A stretch of DNA of 20,000 nt from Moniliella sp. 'wahieum' (Eukaryota): positions 421,726 to 441,725 of the forward strand of contig RSEE01000057.1 in the NCBI GenBank assembly GCA_003971905.1, in the 5' to 3' direction. The notes under the pieces were generated by a model. It was not told the DNA's origin. It searched no databases and saw only the letters and a list, made by a program, of their open reading frames with translations. Positions 1 to 11,031 of the stretch are shown in pieces. Each line of letters starts with the position of its first letter. Positions within the stretch are counted from its first letter, which is position 1. The translations under genes were made by a program, and so were the position numbers.

Positions 1-3000
1 CTTCGAAGCACGCACCGACGACAAGGCTTACATCCGTCTTTCCCGCTGGATCCTGAGCCCTGGCTCCACCCTAACCCAGAGGGAAAGGGCGGCGATGTCA
101 TCAACAAGCCCCCTTTCTCTGAAGCGGTCAAGCAGACGTACAGCGACACCAAGAAGGGCACCACCTTTGGTCCCAGCTGGACCAACCACTGGGTCAAGCT
201 GTCGTTGACAGTGCCCCCGCAGTGGGCTCATCGCGAGCCTGGCTCCGTCCAACTCGAGTTCGACCCGGATGCGAGGCGATGATCTTTGACACCAAGGGTC
301 TCCCCCTGCAAGGCATTACCGGTGGCAACGCGGCCAACCGTCGCGTCGACTTCCCCCTGACAGAGGCCATGTTGGAGCCGGGCACGGTCACTACGTTTTA
401 TATCGAGATCACCGCCAACGCCATGTTTGGTCTTCCTAGCGTGGGTAATGGTGGCGACCCTGACCCAAACCGGTACTTTAAGTTGCTGTCGGCCGACCTG
501 GTACTCAAGCGGCTGGAGGCCTGGCGCCTCATGTGGGACTTTAGTCTTCTGCGCGGTGCCGTCGATTGGGTGGACCGTGACACAGTCCTACAAAACAAGG
601 CTTTGTGGGTAGCCAACGAGATTCAGAACACCTTCCGCCACTCGGATGTGACTTCGATTGCACGCTGTCGGAAACTAGCTCAGGAGGTGCTGGGATCCAA
701 ATGGGATGCCAAGCCCGACGGGGTCTGGGAGGAGCCGACTAGCACCAAAACCACCGTGTGGGCTATGGGGCACTGCCATATCGATTCGTGCTGGCTCTGG
801 CCCAAGAAAGTGACCGAGCAAAAGGTTGCTCGCTCTGGGCTACACAGCTTTCTCTGATGGAGCGCTACCCCGAACACCGCTTTGTTGCCTCGCAGGCGGC
901 GCAATTTGACTGGCTCGAGCGACTTTACCCTTCTCTGTTTGAGAAGCTCAAAGGCTTTATCAGTTCGGGTCAGTTCTTGCCCATTGGGGGCACGTGGATT
1001 GAGAACGATGCCAACATCCCCTCGGGTGAGGCTTTTGTTCGCCAATTTATCCACGGCCAGCGCTTCTTCCTATCGCGCTTTGGTCAGCGGTGCAAAATCT
1101 TCTGGCTGCCCGACACATTTGGTTACAATGCCCAGATTCCGCAATTGGCTCGCTCGGCGGGACTCGACTACTTTTTCACTCAAAAGTTAAGCTGGAACAA
1201 CATTAACCACTTCCCGCATAACACGGTCATGTGGGAGGGTCTGGATGGTAGCCAGATCATCACCCATTTTTCGCCAGTGGAAAACTACGACTCCATGTGC
1301 CGTCTGGACGACATCACCAAGTGCATCAAGAACAGTATGTATTCTTTTAAAGTTATTTCATCATTTGTTCGCGATACTGACCTCGGGGGTGCAGACGGCA
1401 ACTTGGACGTTCAGCCTAACGGGCTTCTCCTCTTTGGTTATGGCGATGGTGGTGGCGGTCCTACCGAGACCCATATCCAAAATCTTCGCCGGGCTCGAGC
1501 AGCGCATAATAATGGGTACACGGATATCCCCAAGATTAAGCTGGCACATTCCGTGCAAGACTTTTACGATGAGGTGCTGCGCGTGACGGACGGGGGGAAG
1601 CGCCTGCCTACTTGGCAGGGCGACCTCTACCTCGAGTTCCACCGGGGCGTGTACACGTCGCATGGGAGCATCAAGCGATGGAACCGCAAGTTGGAGATTA
1701 AGTTGCACAACGTCGAGTGGGCAGCTACGCTCGCGTTGGCTAGCCCCACTTACGAGTATCCTAAGAAGACACTGGATGAACTTTGGGAGGGGCTACTCTT
1801 CAATCAGTTCCATGACATTTTGCCGGGTTCCTCAATCCGCATGGTCTATGAGGATGCAGAGAACGATTATGCTTCGATCGATAAAAGGGCAGACAAGCTG
1901 CTGGCATCCGCTCAAGACGTCTTGTTTGCCACCTCGGCCTTGAGTACCGGCCTGTCGATGGAGACCCTCTCGCTCGGCGACGGAGCAGGCTCAATTGTTG
2001 CCCTTAACACACTGGCCATCCCGCGCAATGAACTTGTTGCTGTTCCTCTTCACAAGTACCCGGGAGTACAAGCGGCGATCCAGATGGGTGGGGCGCAACT
2101 TGTTTCGACCCCGCAGAATCAGATGGCCCTGGTCCCCATGCACGACGCCGATGGGACTGGAGTGGCGTCCTTTTCGCTCGGTCATGCGCAACAATTGGCT
2201 GCCAAGGTCCATCGCAATGGGGCGACGGCCTTCCATGACGTCCAGTCCGAAAGCTATGTGCTAAGCAACGACGTGCTCAAGGTGGTTGTCAAGAGTGGCC
2301 GGATCTCGTCGGTGTACGACCAAGTGCTGAAGCGGGAGTTGCTGCGCCCGGCCAGACGGCAGGGCTTTCGATTGCGGAGGACTACCCTCCCTCGTACGAT
2401 GCTTGGGAGACAGAGGTGTATGCGCTGGACACACAGGAGCCGATTGCGTTTGACTCGGTCGCAGTGCACACGGAGCAAGGCCCGTTGCGCGCTTCGTTGG
2501 TGGCGCAGGCCCGCTTTGGGCAGAGCAAGGTGAGCGTCAAAATGTCGCTTGATGCAAGTGCGATGCAGATGACGTCCAAGGGTCGTACGCCGTTGGTTCT
2601 GGACTTTGAGGTAGACTGGCAAGAAAAGCACCGATTCCTTCGGTTTGAGGTACCGACCAACTTGGTGGCCGACAATGCCGCGTACGAGACGCAGTTTGGC
2701 ATTACCCACCGGCCCACGGGCCGCAACACAAGTTGGGATGCAGCCAAGTTTGAAGTATGCGCTCACCGCTTTGTCGATTTGTCCGAGGCAGGCTATGGAG
2801 TTGCGCTACTGTCCGAGTCCAAGTACGGCTTTTCGGTAGAGGGGGGCACGATGCGGGCTTCGCTGCTCAAGGCAGGTACCTATCCGGATGCTCACCAAGA
2901 CGAGGGGAAGCACATCTTTTCCTTGGCGGTACTGCCACATGTGGGGCCGATGGAGGACCCTGCGAGCGGGGTGATTCACGCGGCGCGCGCGTTCAACAAC

Positions 3001-3346
3001 CCGTTGGTTCCTTCGCATTCTGCCAACTCAAGCCTCGCCAGCGGCTTGGGTCTGCACCTCGAATCGGACACGGGCACTGTCGTGCTCGATACCATCAAAC
3101 GTGCTGAAGCTGACTTCTCCTACCACCACACACCTGCCTCCGGCAAGAAGACTGTGGTGGCTCGCTTCTATGAAGCGGCGGGTGGCCACGCACACACCAG
3201 TTTGTATGCGTGGAGCCGGAGTGCTGAAAGCGTCAACTGCGTCAATTCTGGAGGATACAGAATCGGAGCTGGCGCCGTACCATGGCGGGTACCAGCTTTC
3301 CTTCCGCCCATACGAGGTGAAGACGGTCGTTTTCGAACTGGCCTAA
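1..3346 (+). CDS. AMS1: Alpha-mannosidase, glycoside hydrolase family 38 (Ams1/MAN2C1 type); 5' end lies outside the window; several frameshifts; one intron
   Basis: Motifs across frames: FGPSWTNHW (~166-192), GHCHIDSCWLWP, GGTWIENDANIPSGEAFVRQF, FWLPDTFGY (nucleophile region), FFTQKLSWNNIN, FGYGDGGGGP, LYLEFHRGVYTSH, NQFHDILPGSSI, RPTGRNTSWDAAKFEVCAHRFVDLSE, C-terminal FRPYEVKTV then TAA at 3344-3346. Frame changes near ~50-115, ~270, ~835, ~2355-2410, ~3200-3250. Confidence 0.95.
1335..1394 (+). other. Spliceosomal intron in AMS1 (60 nt)
   Basis: GTATGT donor at 1335, AT-rich body, ACTGAC branch site ~1376-1381, GCAG acceptor ending 1394. Removal gives in-frame KN-NGNLD. Confidence 0.85.
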
Positions 3347-4031
3347 CACCTTGGGATACGTTGTGGACCCCACACAGACAATATATGAAGTTTGCTTGTT
3401 GGAGAGCGGGACTCATCCATTGCGGATGGGTTTGTTTTGCGATGATTGCCAGATAGTATTGCGTTCAGCGTACGTTCATCAACCCACGTCGCCCGTCGCC
3501 GCCCCCGGCCCTTCTCACAGCCACAACTATTACCACGGCAACAAGCATTATGCAAGCAGACCAGAACATCGCGTCCTCTGACTGCGGGGGCTGTCAACTG
3601 GGCAACCAACACCACCCAGGGTAATTGGCCAGCCACTACATGGATGAGTAGGCCATGGGGGTCCAGGAATTGAAGCTTGACGCGACAAGGAGAGCTTGAA
3701 CGGGTGGGATTGACATATTGACAAGCGGGCCAGTCCTTGCCAGCCCACACCCGCTCTCTCGTCACGCGTCACGTGTCATGCATCAGCAGGCATCTAGTGC
3801 GTTGCTGGAGTTGGCTTCGACGACTGGAAAGCGGAACCGGCCGTGGGGTGGCGGAATGCACTGATCAGGCAATCGCTTGGGCGTGATTGATGATCGATGA
3901 TTGATGACGAAGAAGAGAGCTATAATTAGGGCAGCGGCAATGGCATCGGCTAAGCGCATCATCAGCACCGCCGGCCCACTCACCCACCCACACCACCCAC
4001 TCCGCAACCCGCCTCCCCGTCCGTGCCCACC

Positions 4032-5566
4032 ATGGCAGGTGGAGTCTACGGCATGTTCGGGGCAGCTGCGTCGCAGGTCCATGGCGCCCCATCATCCGCC
4101 CCTCCGCGCGTGACCGCCGCCGACTTTACTGTGGACGATCCCTGCCCAGCCCCCTCCCGTGCCCTCGACCTTGTCTTTGTGATGGACGCCACCGGCAGCA
4201 TGGGGTCTTACATCCGCGAGGCCACCCGCAACATCGAGGCCATCTGCGATACCATCACCCAGTCTGATCAGCTTCATGGCCCTGGCGCATTGCGCATTGC
4301 TCTCATCGCTTATCGTGACCACCCGCCCCAGGACCATAGCTACGTCACTCGCACCTGGAGCTTTACTACCTCTGTTCCCGAAGTCAAAGAGCAGCTTCGC
4401 ACGCTGTATGCGTCTGGGGGCGGCGATGGCCCCGAAGCGGTCACGGCCGCCTTGGCTGAGACGGTCAAGCTTCCCTGGCGTCCTGAAGCGACCAAGCTGG
4501 CGGTGCTCATCACTGATGCCCCGCCTCATGGCATTGGCGAAATCGGGGATGGTTTCCCTCGAGGATCCCCCGATGGCAATGATCTCTCGTATTGGCTCGT
4601 ACGATGGCCTCAATGGGCATTAGTTTACTGATGGTTGCCTGCGAGCCGGCTTTGTCAGGCTATCAGCATGCCGTTGACTTTTTCCGGGGCCTGGTGCAGA
4701 TTACCGGTGGCACCTGCGTCCCGCTTACCACCGCCAGCTTGTTGAGCCACGTAATTGTCGCAGCGGCTGGAGAGGCGATGGATCTGGAGCGCCTCCATCA
4801 AGACATTGACACTCAAGTCTTGGATCGGCTGCGGTCCCTCTCTCTTGCCCAAACGGGAGGCGGTCCAGGTGGCGATGCGGCTTTGTTGGACGATGTTGCT
4901 AGGGAGTTACACGAAAAGCTCCTGCTTCGCAACGAAAACACCAAGCAGCTTTACATTGAATCTATCTATCAACCTTCAGCCGAATCGGACAGCAACATTG
5001 CCATTTGGGCCATGGCTCCCTCGCTGGATGCGGCCAAGCCCCTCATTCGTCGTGTTCCTGGTCACCGCCTTAGCGAAAAATACCTCAAGACGCGCACAGC
5101 CACTTCCTCATTTCGCTCAACTCCACGCCCCTTGGTTTCGACGCCGCCAAGGCCAACAGGACGCAAACCGATCCAGTCATTTTCCACCTATACGGCTGGA
5201 CCTGGCCTGAGTGCTGGCGCCTCGCCCCCGTCCAGAGCGGGGGCCGGGCCCGACGGATTTTCTCTTGCTGGGTCTTCCTTGTCAATGAACTCAATTCGTT
5301 CTCAGAGGCCTCAAGCTTTTGCCTCTTTTGGCGCCGAGGAAGACGATGATGGTCTGGGCGGGTTTGACGGACAAAATGCCGCCGATGCCGAAGCGGAGGA
5401 GGAAAATGCAGCGGCAACAAACTTGCCCGTCACAACCACGGCTCATGGTGCGCTTGAGGTGGCTGGGGCCAATGGGCAGAAACTCTTCTTTGGGCAAGGG
5501 GCCATCTCACTAGAACAAACGCGTCGACTGGCCATGCAGAGTGCCCAGCGTGGTGGGCTGGGATGA
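4032..5566 (+). CDS. von Willebrand factor A (VWA) domain protein resembling the VWA domain of vwkA-type alpha-kinases, with no kinase domain; one frameshift ~4580-4590
   Basis: LDLVFVMDATGSMGSYI (MIDAS DxTGS), IALIAYRDHPPQD, ASGGGDGPEAV, WRPEATKLAVLITDAPPHG. Continues in ORF 4592..5566 with a Ser/Pro-rich then acidic tail. ATG in CCACCATGG context at 4032. Confidence 0.85.
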
Positions 5567-5779
5567 GGGGCAAGACGATCCAGAAGCAAATACCCTGGCA
5601 TGACAAATGTGAGAGCAGTTGTACATGAGGTGCGGTAGATAGTGGCCATAGTGCTATGTTAGGCTGATTGCCATGAAGGACAGCCCGCATAGCGTGCAAT
5701 GGCTAGTGGCTGGCATGGCTTCACTGTACTTGCACGATGTATGAAAGGCAGGTTGGCTGAGTAGTGCGGAGGCAAGGAG

Positions 5780-5788
5780 AAAAAAAAA
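5780..5788 (-). terminator. RNA polymerase III oligo-T terminator of tRNA-Ala
   Basis: A9 run on + (T9 on -) begins 2 nt downstream of the tRNA discriminator base. Confidence 0.85.
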
Positions 5789-5789
5789 T

Positions 5790-5861
5790 TGGACGAACAG
5801 GGAATTGAACCCCGGACCTCATGCATGCTAAGCAAGCGCTCCATCTATGAGCTATCCGCCC
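5790..5861 (-). tRNA. tRNA-Ala (anticodon AGC), intronless
   Basis: Reverse complement folds as GGGCGGA-TA-GCTC ATAGATG GAGC-G-CTTGC TT AGC AT GCATG-AGGTC-CGGGG TTCAATT CCCTG-TTCGTCC-A. It has the G3:U70 alanine identity pair, A73 discriminator and a GGTTCAATTCC B-box. Confidence 0.93.
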
Positions 5862-6341
5862 TTAGATGGACGGTAGACACGGCGTGGAATGTAGTTCAGA
5901 GTGTCACCTAGATAGCGGATTTTCCATTGATTTATTCCTTAGCGAACTAGTTGAGCACCCAGCGTTCTCCACCAACTGAACACGAAGCAGCTTGCTCTCC
6001 AATATACTACAAACAGAATAACACCCCCCTCAATTATGAGCAAAGTAACGGGAACCAAAGAGAGTGTGCATAAATGACGTTCAGGATGTTGGGCACCCAT
6101 TGCGACATTATTAGGGGGAGAAGAGAGGGGGAGATAGAGAAGCACGAGGGAGAGGAGGCACACGAGGGAGCGGGAGCAATGCTCATTTGAAAGGGATAGT
6201 GCTGGTGCACCTATTTCAAACAGGTGCGGGTAGCCAAAACAATTGTCCAGAGGAGACAGCGCGCGCGAGAGATTCACGACTGATGGTCCACAGGTGAGGC
6301 AGAACGGATGTAGGAAAGGACGGGGTGGCCGTACTTGAGGT

Positions 6342-8059
6342 CTAGGCCTCATCGCCATGAGGCCCAGTGTAGGGTGGGGCGCTGAGATGCGACGAGGTGG
6401 GCGGAGTTTGGTTGCGGGCAGGAAGGAAAGCTTGCGCAAACCGACTTGGAGAGGGGGTACGCGCTACGTCCACTGTCGCGGAACGCTGGTGGAATGACAC
6501 GGGCGCCACTTGACCTTCCTCATCGTGGAGTAGGATCGAGTTGGATTCAGAGGCCAGGCCAGGTCCAGAGGGCATATCGATCCGGGTGGAAAAGCTAGTA
6601 GCCCGCTTCGGCTGGTTCATGGCGAACGCTTCTCCACCTTCGTCCGCCAGTAGCGTCTCCCTCTCAGCTTGGGGGTGGAGCGACGAGTGGAGCCAGCACC
6701 GCGAGAAAGGTCAAAAGAAGAGTTGGGCCCCGAGGGCCGGATCCCAGCAACTCGCATCAAGTGGCGCGCCAAACGAATAGGGGGGCCGGCGATACGAGCC
6801 AACGACAAAGGCGGCACGACCTGGCACGGCGTAGCAAGCCGTAGATGACACCCACGAGGGTCACTAGGAAGAGATATTTACCACCCTTGCCCAAAGCCTG
6901 AATGAAGCTGGCATCATTGGCGTGCCATGATGATCCGTAGAAGTGCTTAAAGAAGGCGTGCTCGCGAGCCTGCTCAGGCGGAAGGTTCTTTCCGTACAAG
7001 GATTTGGGAAGAACCCGCACTCCGGACCATCCTCTCGAGGGGTGGTCCATGTCAGAAGGAAGACTGACCCCATTGGCATCAACCCACAAAGAGTAACTGG
7101 CACTGACCAGCATTGGCCCGGTTGAGAACATCACAGTGGGGTAGTGGAGGATGTAGTTGTGGTTGAAGAGGACGAGATGATTGAGCATCCGCTCCATGAA
7201 TGGATGCTTGGGAACGATCATCATAAGATCGTTAGAGACGCCTATTGGTGCGGTCTCAGGCAAGACAGCCTCGAAGCGGAGAAGAGGACCCATAGGTTTG
7301 AGGCAGCCCATATCTAGATCCATATAGATGCCACCAAAGTGATGCAGAACGAAGTAACGGATCGCATCAGCACGCTGGATCGGATACGGATATCCATCGA
7401 ATACGGGCAGGAACCAACTGTAATGTTTCTCGATGAATGCTCGTGAGTTCTCATCGGTCCACAAAATGTAGTCGCTGACGATAAGGTGGTCAGGTCAGCA
7501 CATGTCAGTCAGGGGGGGAGAGAAGACGCACTAGTCGGGGTGCATTTCCTGCACTCTTCTCGGATTGGGGCCCACTTTTCTGGCAAAGTGTCGGTCTTCC
7601 AAGTTTGGTGAATGATACGCGGGATCTTTTCCCCGGGGCGGACATCTTTAGGGCCTGTGCCGGGGTGAAGTGGCCCTCATACACAGCCGGATCGGGTTGT
7701 TGCTGGGCCCGTGCAGTGCCGGTCGTGTTGAGAGGCGAGGCAAGTGTTTCGATCCCGGGCGTAAGGGGAGGGGAGGGTTTACGGAGTGTGGCCATGGCGC
7801 GGGGGACAGGTGTGGGGATTCGCATTGCACCAGGCAATGCGTCGTTAACCTGGGATGCGACGATGGCGGCCGCGGCAGCGGAGCCAGCGGCAGAGGCCAA
7901 GACGACGACAATCATCTGGATCTCCATGGGGGTGATCATGGCGCGGCGGTCGACATGGAAAAAGCTCCACACGCTGCCGAGCACGATGCACGTGCCCACG
8001 AGAATGAGCGAGAGGCAGATGAGGAGGACCGAGACGGTCCGGCGAGAGCAAAGGTTCAT
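6342..8059 (-). CDS. SUR1: Mannosylinositol phosphorylceramide (MIPC) synthase catalytic subunit, GT32, Sur1/Csh1-like; frameshifted; one intron; 3' end tentative
   Basis: N-terminal signal anchor (MNLCSRRTVSVLLICLSLILVG; ATG 8059), IIHQTWKT near 7595-7620, spliced MHPDY|DYILWTDE, YPYPIQRADAIRYFVLHHFGGIYMDLD (DxD), GVSNDLM, YPTVMFSTGP, FFKHFYGSSWHANDA, then a C-terminal TM helix. The tail probably continues via ORF 6342..6620. Confidence 0.9.
7475..7531 (-). other. Intron in MIPC synthase gene (57 nt)
   Basis: GTGCGT donor at 7531, GCTGAC branch site, TCAG acceptor at 7475. Splicing restores CAC CCC GAC TA|C GAC TAC ATT TTG TGG. Confidence 0.88.
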
Positions 8060-8926
8060 TGCGAGCAGCCCGGCGAGGATAAGGGTCGGAAGCAGAGCAC
8101 GGGTCTGGGGTGAGACTTGCAGGGGGCGGCTGCGTGAGCTGAGAGAGGCTGAGCGCTGAGAGGCTGCGATCGGCGGGTGGAGGGGTTCAGATGGGGGTCC
8201 TGCAGGCCATGCTGCGCCGCAGCTGGCAGACGGAAGGAACGATGCGGGGTCGGCGGGCGGCGTCGGCGAGTGGGCGGGCGACGGTGCACGGATGGCAAGG
8301 GGCAAGGCCGGAGATGGGGGCAGGCGCGGGTGGTGGGGCGCTGGCCAGAAGACGGCAGGCCTCGCGCCGAGAACCAAACCAAGTCAGCCGCAAGCCTCGG
8401 CATTTGAAGCTTCAGGCCCAAAACGGCATGCCTGCGCTCACGGGTCACCCATCACACATCCCATCACGTGTCACACCGGATCGGCCGCATCAAATATCAC
8501 ATGCATCACACACCACCCCTATCTCTGGTGTGTTCGCATTTTTATAGCGTTCGTTTTCAGTTCCTTTCTACACACACGTCTCAGTACCCGGCCCACACCC
8601 CTTCTATAGCCACGCGCGCTCACCGTCTATGCAAGACGCCCTGGATTATCTCTTACCCATAGGCCAGAACCTCCATACCCCCTTGAATCCGTGGATCGTC
8701 GTCGCAAAGGTCAATTGAACAAGTGCAAAAGAACGTGACGTCGCTTCACAGTCATCAGTCGTGTCTGAGGTCGTGAATGGGAAGAGAGAAGAGCTCGACC
8801 GCATCGTGGGCGGGGGATTGGCCTCTGTCCCCCACCCCGTGTCGCATCAGTAGGAAAAGAGATGTAAGCAGGAGAGATCGTATGAAAACACGTGAGAGGA
8901 CATCGGCATGTACGATGAGGGTCTAA

Positions 8927-10293
8927 CTAATAGCTGTCGTACCGATGACTTTCACTCGGCTCGCGTCCTCGCAACACCGGAGGCGCTCTTGACTACAACA
9001 TTCCCATAGCTTGGCATTCGCAGGCTCCGGTGCGTTTTTGGCATGAGCAATAGCCTCTTCGACAATCTCTTGGCCTGTTTGTCGACCCGCCTTGAGTTCC
9101 TCCTCTGAAGCCACTCCCACTCGAGTAGTTGCGCTTGAGTCCTGAATCGGGTCGGCTGAGGTGCGCATGCGTTGGATCTCCTCCCGGGTGCGGTAGGTGG
9201 TGCCGGGGTCCGAGAGGGAGTGGCCGCCATAGCGGTACGTAACCAACTCCATCACCACCGGCCCCTTGCCTGTCGTAGTAATTCGCGGGCCCAAGTCGTC
9301 GCCTGCCGCACAGCCAGCACGTCCATCGCTTGACCTGCAACCCGGGATTACATCGCCACGTGTGTAATACTGGTGTTCATCGACGAACGTTCGGCAGAGG
9401 TGCCCATGCCGTACTTGTTATTCTCACACACGTATACGCACGGTAGCTTCCACAGCTGCGCCATGTTCATCGCCTCAAATACCTGGCCTTGGTTCGAAGC
9501 ACCATCACCGTAGAGAGTAAAGACGGCATTGGGAGTATTGAGATACTTTGTGTAAATGCTAGTCCCGTCCCGACGGGCACTTGTGCACCCACAATTCCAT
9601 TGCCCCCGAAAAAGGTTTTGGTAAACATGTGCATCGAGCCCCCCTTGCCTTGACTGATGCCCGTCTCCCGTCCAAACAGCTCGGCCAATACTTTGGCAAT
9701 GGAGCCGCCACGTAGGGCAGCAAATGGATGGCAACGATACGAGGTAATTAGCAAGTCTTCGGGCGTCATGGCCGTGTGCATGCCAGTCGCTACAGCTTCC
9801 TGGCCCATCGCAAGGTGACAAAAGCCACGAATGAACTTTTGCTTGTAAAGTGCATCGGCCGCCATTTCCATACGGCGCATTTGCACCATCGTGTCGTACA
9901 TCGCACCAACTCTTGCTTCGTTGTATGCAAAGTCAAGCCGGGTCCCCCACCATAACCTTCCAACTTGTACTCGTGGAAAGACTGATCAGACAACGTTACT
10001 TCAAATGGCTCTTCTGCTCCATCAGGCACGTCCTTTGATACCGTGCACTGTCGGCGACAAGATGGATAAAACGGGCACGGTTCAATATGCGATGGGGGCA
10101 GCCACTTTAGGGAACATCTGAATAAAAGAGACCCAGTGCATGGGGAATGGAATGCGGGTTAGCTGAGCGCAAAAGCATATTCTCTTCTCATGCCACTGCT
10201 GAGCACACTATAATAATAATGTACGCACCATCGATGCGGCAGCACCGTCAGTGCTGGGCGGGCAAGATGGCGGACAAGATTACCGGATATCAT
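8927..10293 (-). CDS. PDA1: Pyruvate dehydrogenase E1 component alpha subunit, mitochondrial; frameshifted; 5' intron
   Basis: MRRMEMAADALYKQKFIRGFCHL, ITSYRCH, GKGGSMHMF, FFGGNGIVGAQVPVGTGLAF, ThDP motif LYGDGASNQGQVFEA..CENNKYGMGT, TYRYGGHSLSDPGTTYRTREEIQ, C-terminal PPVLRGREPSE..YDSY-TAG (8927). Putative presequence exon MISGNLVRHLARPALTVLPHR from ATG 10293 to a GTGCGT donor at 10228; acceptor probably 10118 (phase unresolved). Confidence 0.95.
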
Positions 10294-11031
10294 GGCGAGG
10301 AAAAAGACAAGGGGCTGTGGTGTAGGGTGGGTGGTGGTGGGTGGTGATGGGTCTGGTGAAGGTTTTCGCCCAGAGGAAAAACGTGCATCTTAAGCACAAG
10401 CCGGTGGACCGAGACGGCACAGTTCGAGGGCGCAGCTGGAGTGCGCCACCGCATGGCGCCAGTGTACGGCGTTGTCTGTCTTGCTTGCGCCGCTGCTATT
10501 TGCATCTCAATCAAGGTTTTGCTATAGCCCGTCTTGCGGCTGCTCAGAGCTCTCTATGACACCCGTTGCCCGCTCAATAAAATGACACGGCCGCCACCTC
10601 TGAAGCTAATACACAATGGATTGTCGTCGTACAGCATCCTCACCAGGACCACACATGTGCCCCATGCAGATGCTTCCAGACATGAACTCGAAAAATAGAT
10701 AAGGAGAAGATGATCATCATAGTGGGACGCTCAAGAACTCTTCACAGAGGAGAAGCCACACGTATCAACAGATATCCCACCAAAGTCGCCATCAGAGGGA
10801 CAAAAGGAAACATCACAATTGAAGTTTTTTGTAACGGCCCATTCTACCGTAGTTATTTTTGGGTTTGGGTGAGACCGACAGACCCGTCGTGGGGCGGAAG
10901 AGGATGAGGCGTCATTCGTGCGACGAGTCAATCTGCGTCCAACCGACCTGGTGGAATGGAAAAACGAGCTTGGCTCGCCACCTGGCTAGGGGAAGAATTG
11001 ATATGGGCTGCCGGAGGGCTGTTGAATCGAT

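Noticed and set aside
69..77. CCCTAACCC telomere-like or telomerase-template-like motif
   Set aside because: Single 1.5-unit match inside AMS1 coding sequence; expected by chance.
3343..3772. Short ORFs on both strands between AMS1 and the VWA gene
   Set aside because: No recognisable motifs; mostly non-ATG starts; region is consistent with UTR and promoter.
5939..6439. 166-aa hydrophobic minus-strand ORF
   Set aside because: Arises from CT-rich 3' UTR-like sequence downstream of SUR1; non-ATG start; no domain.
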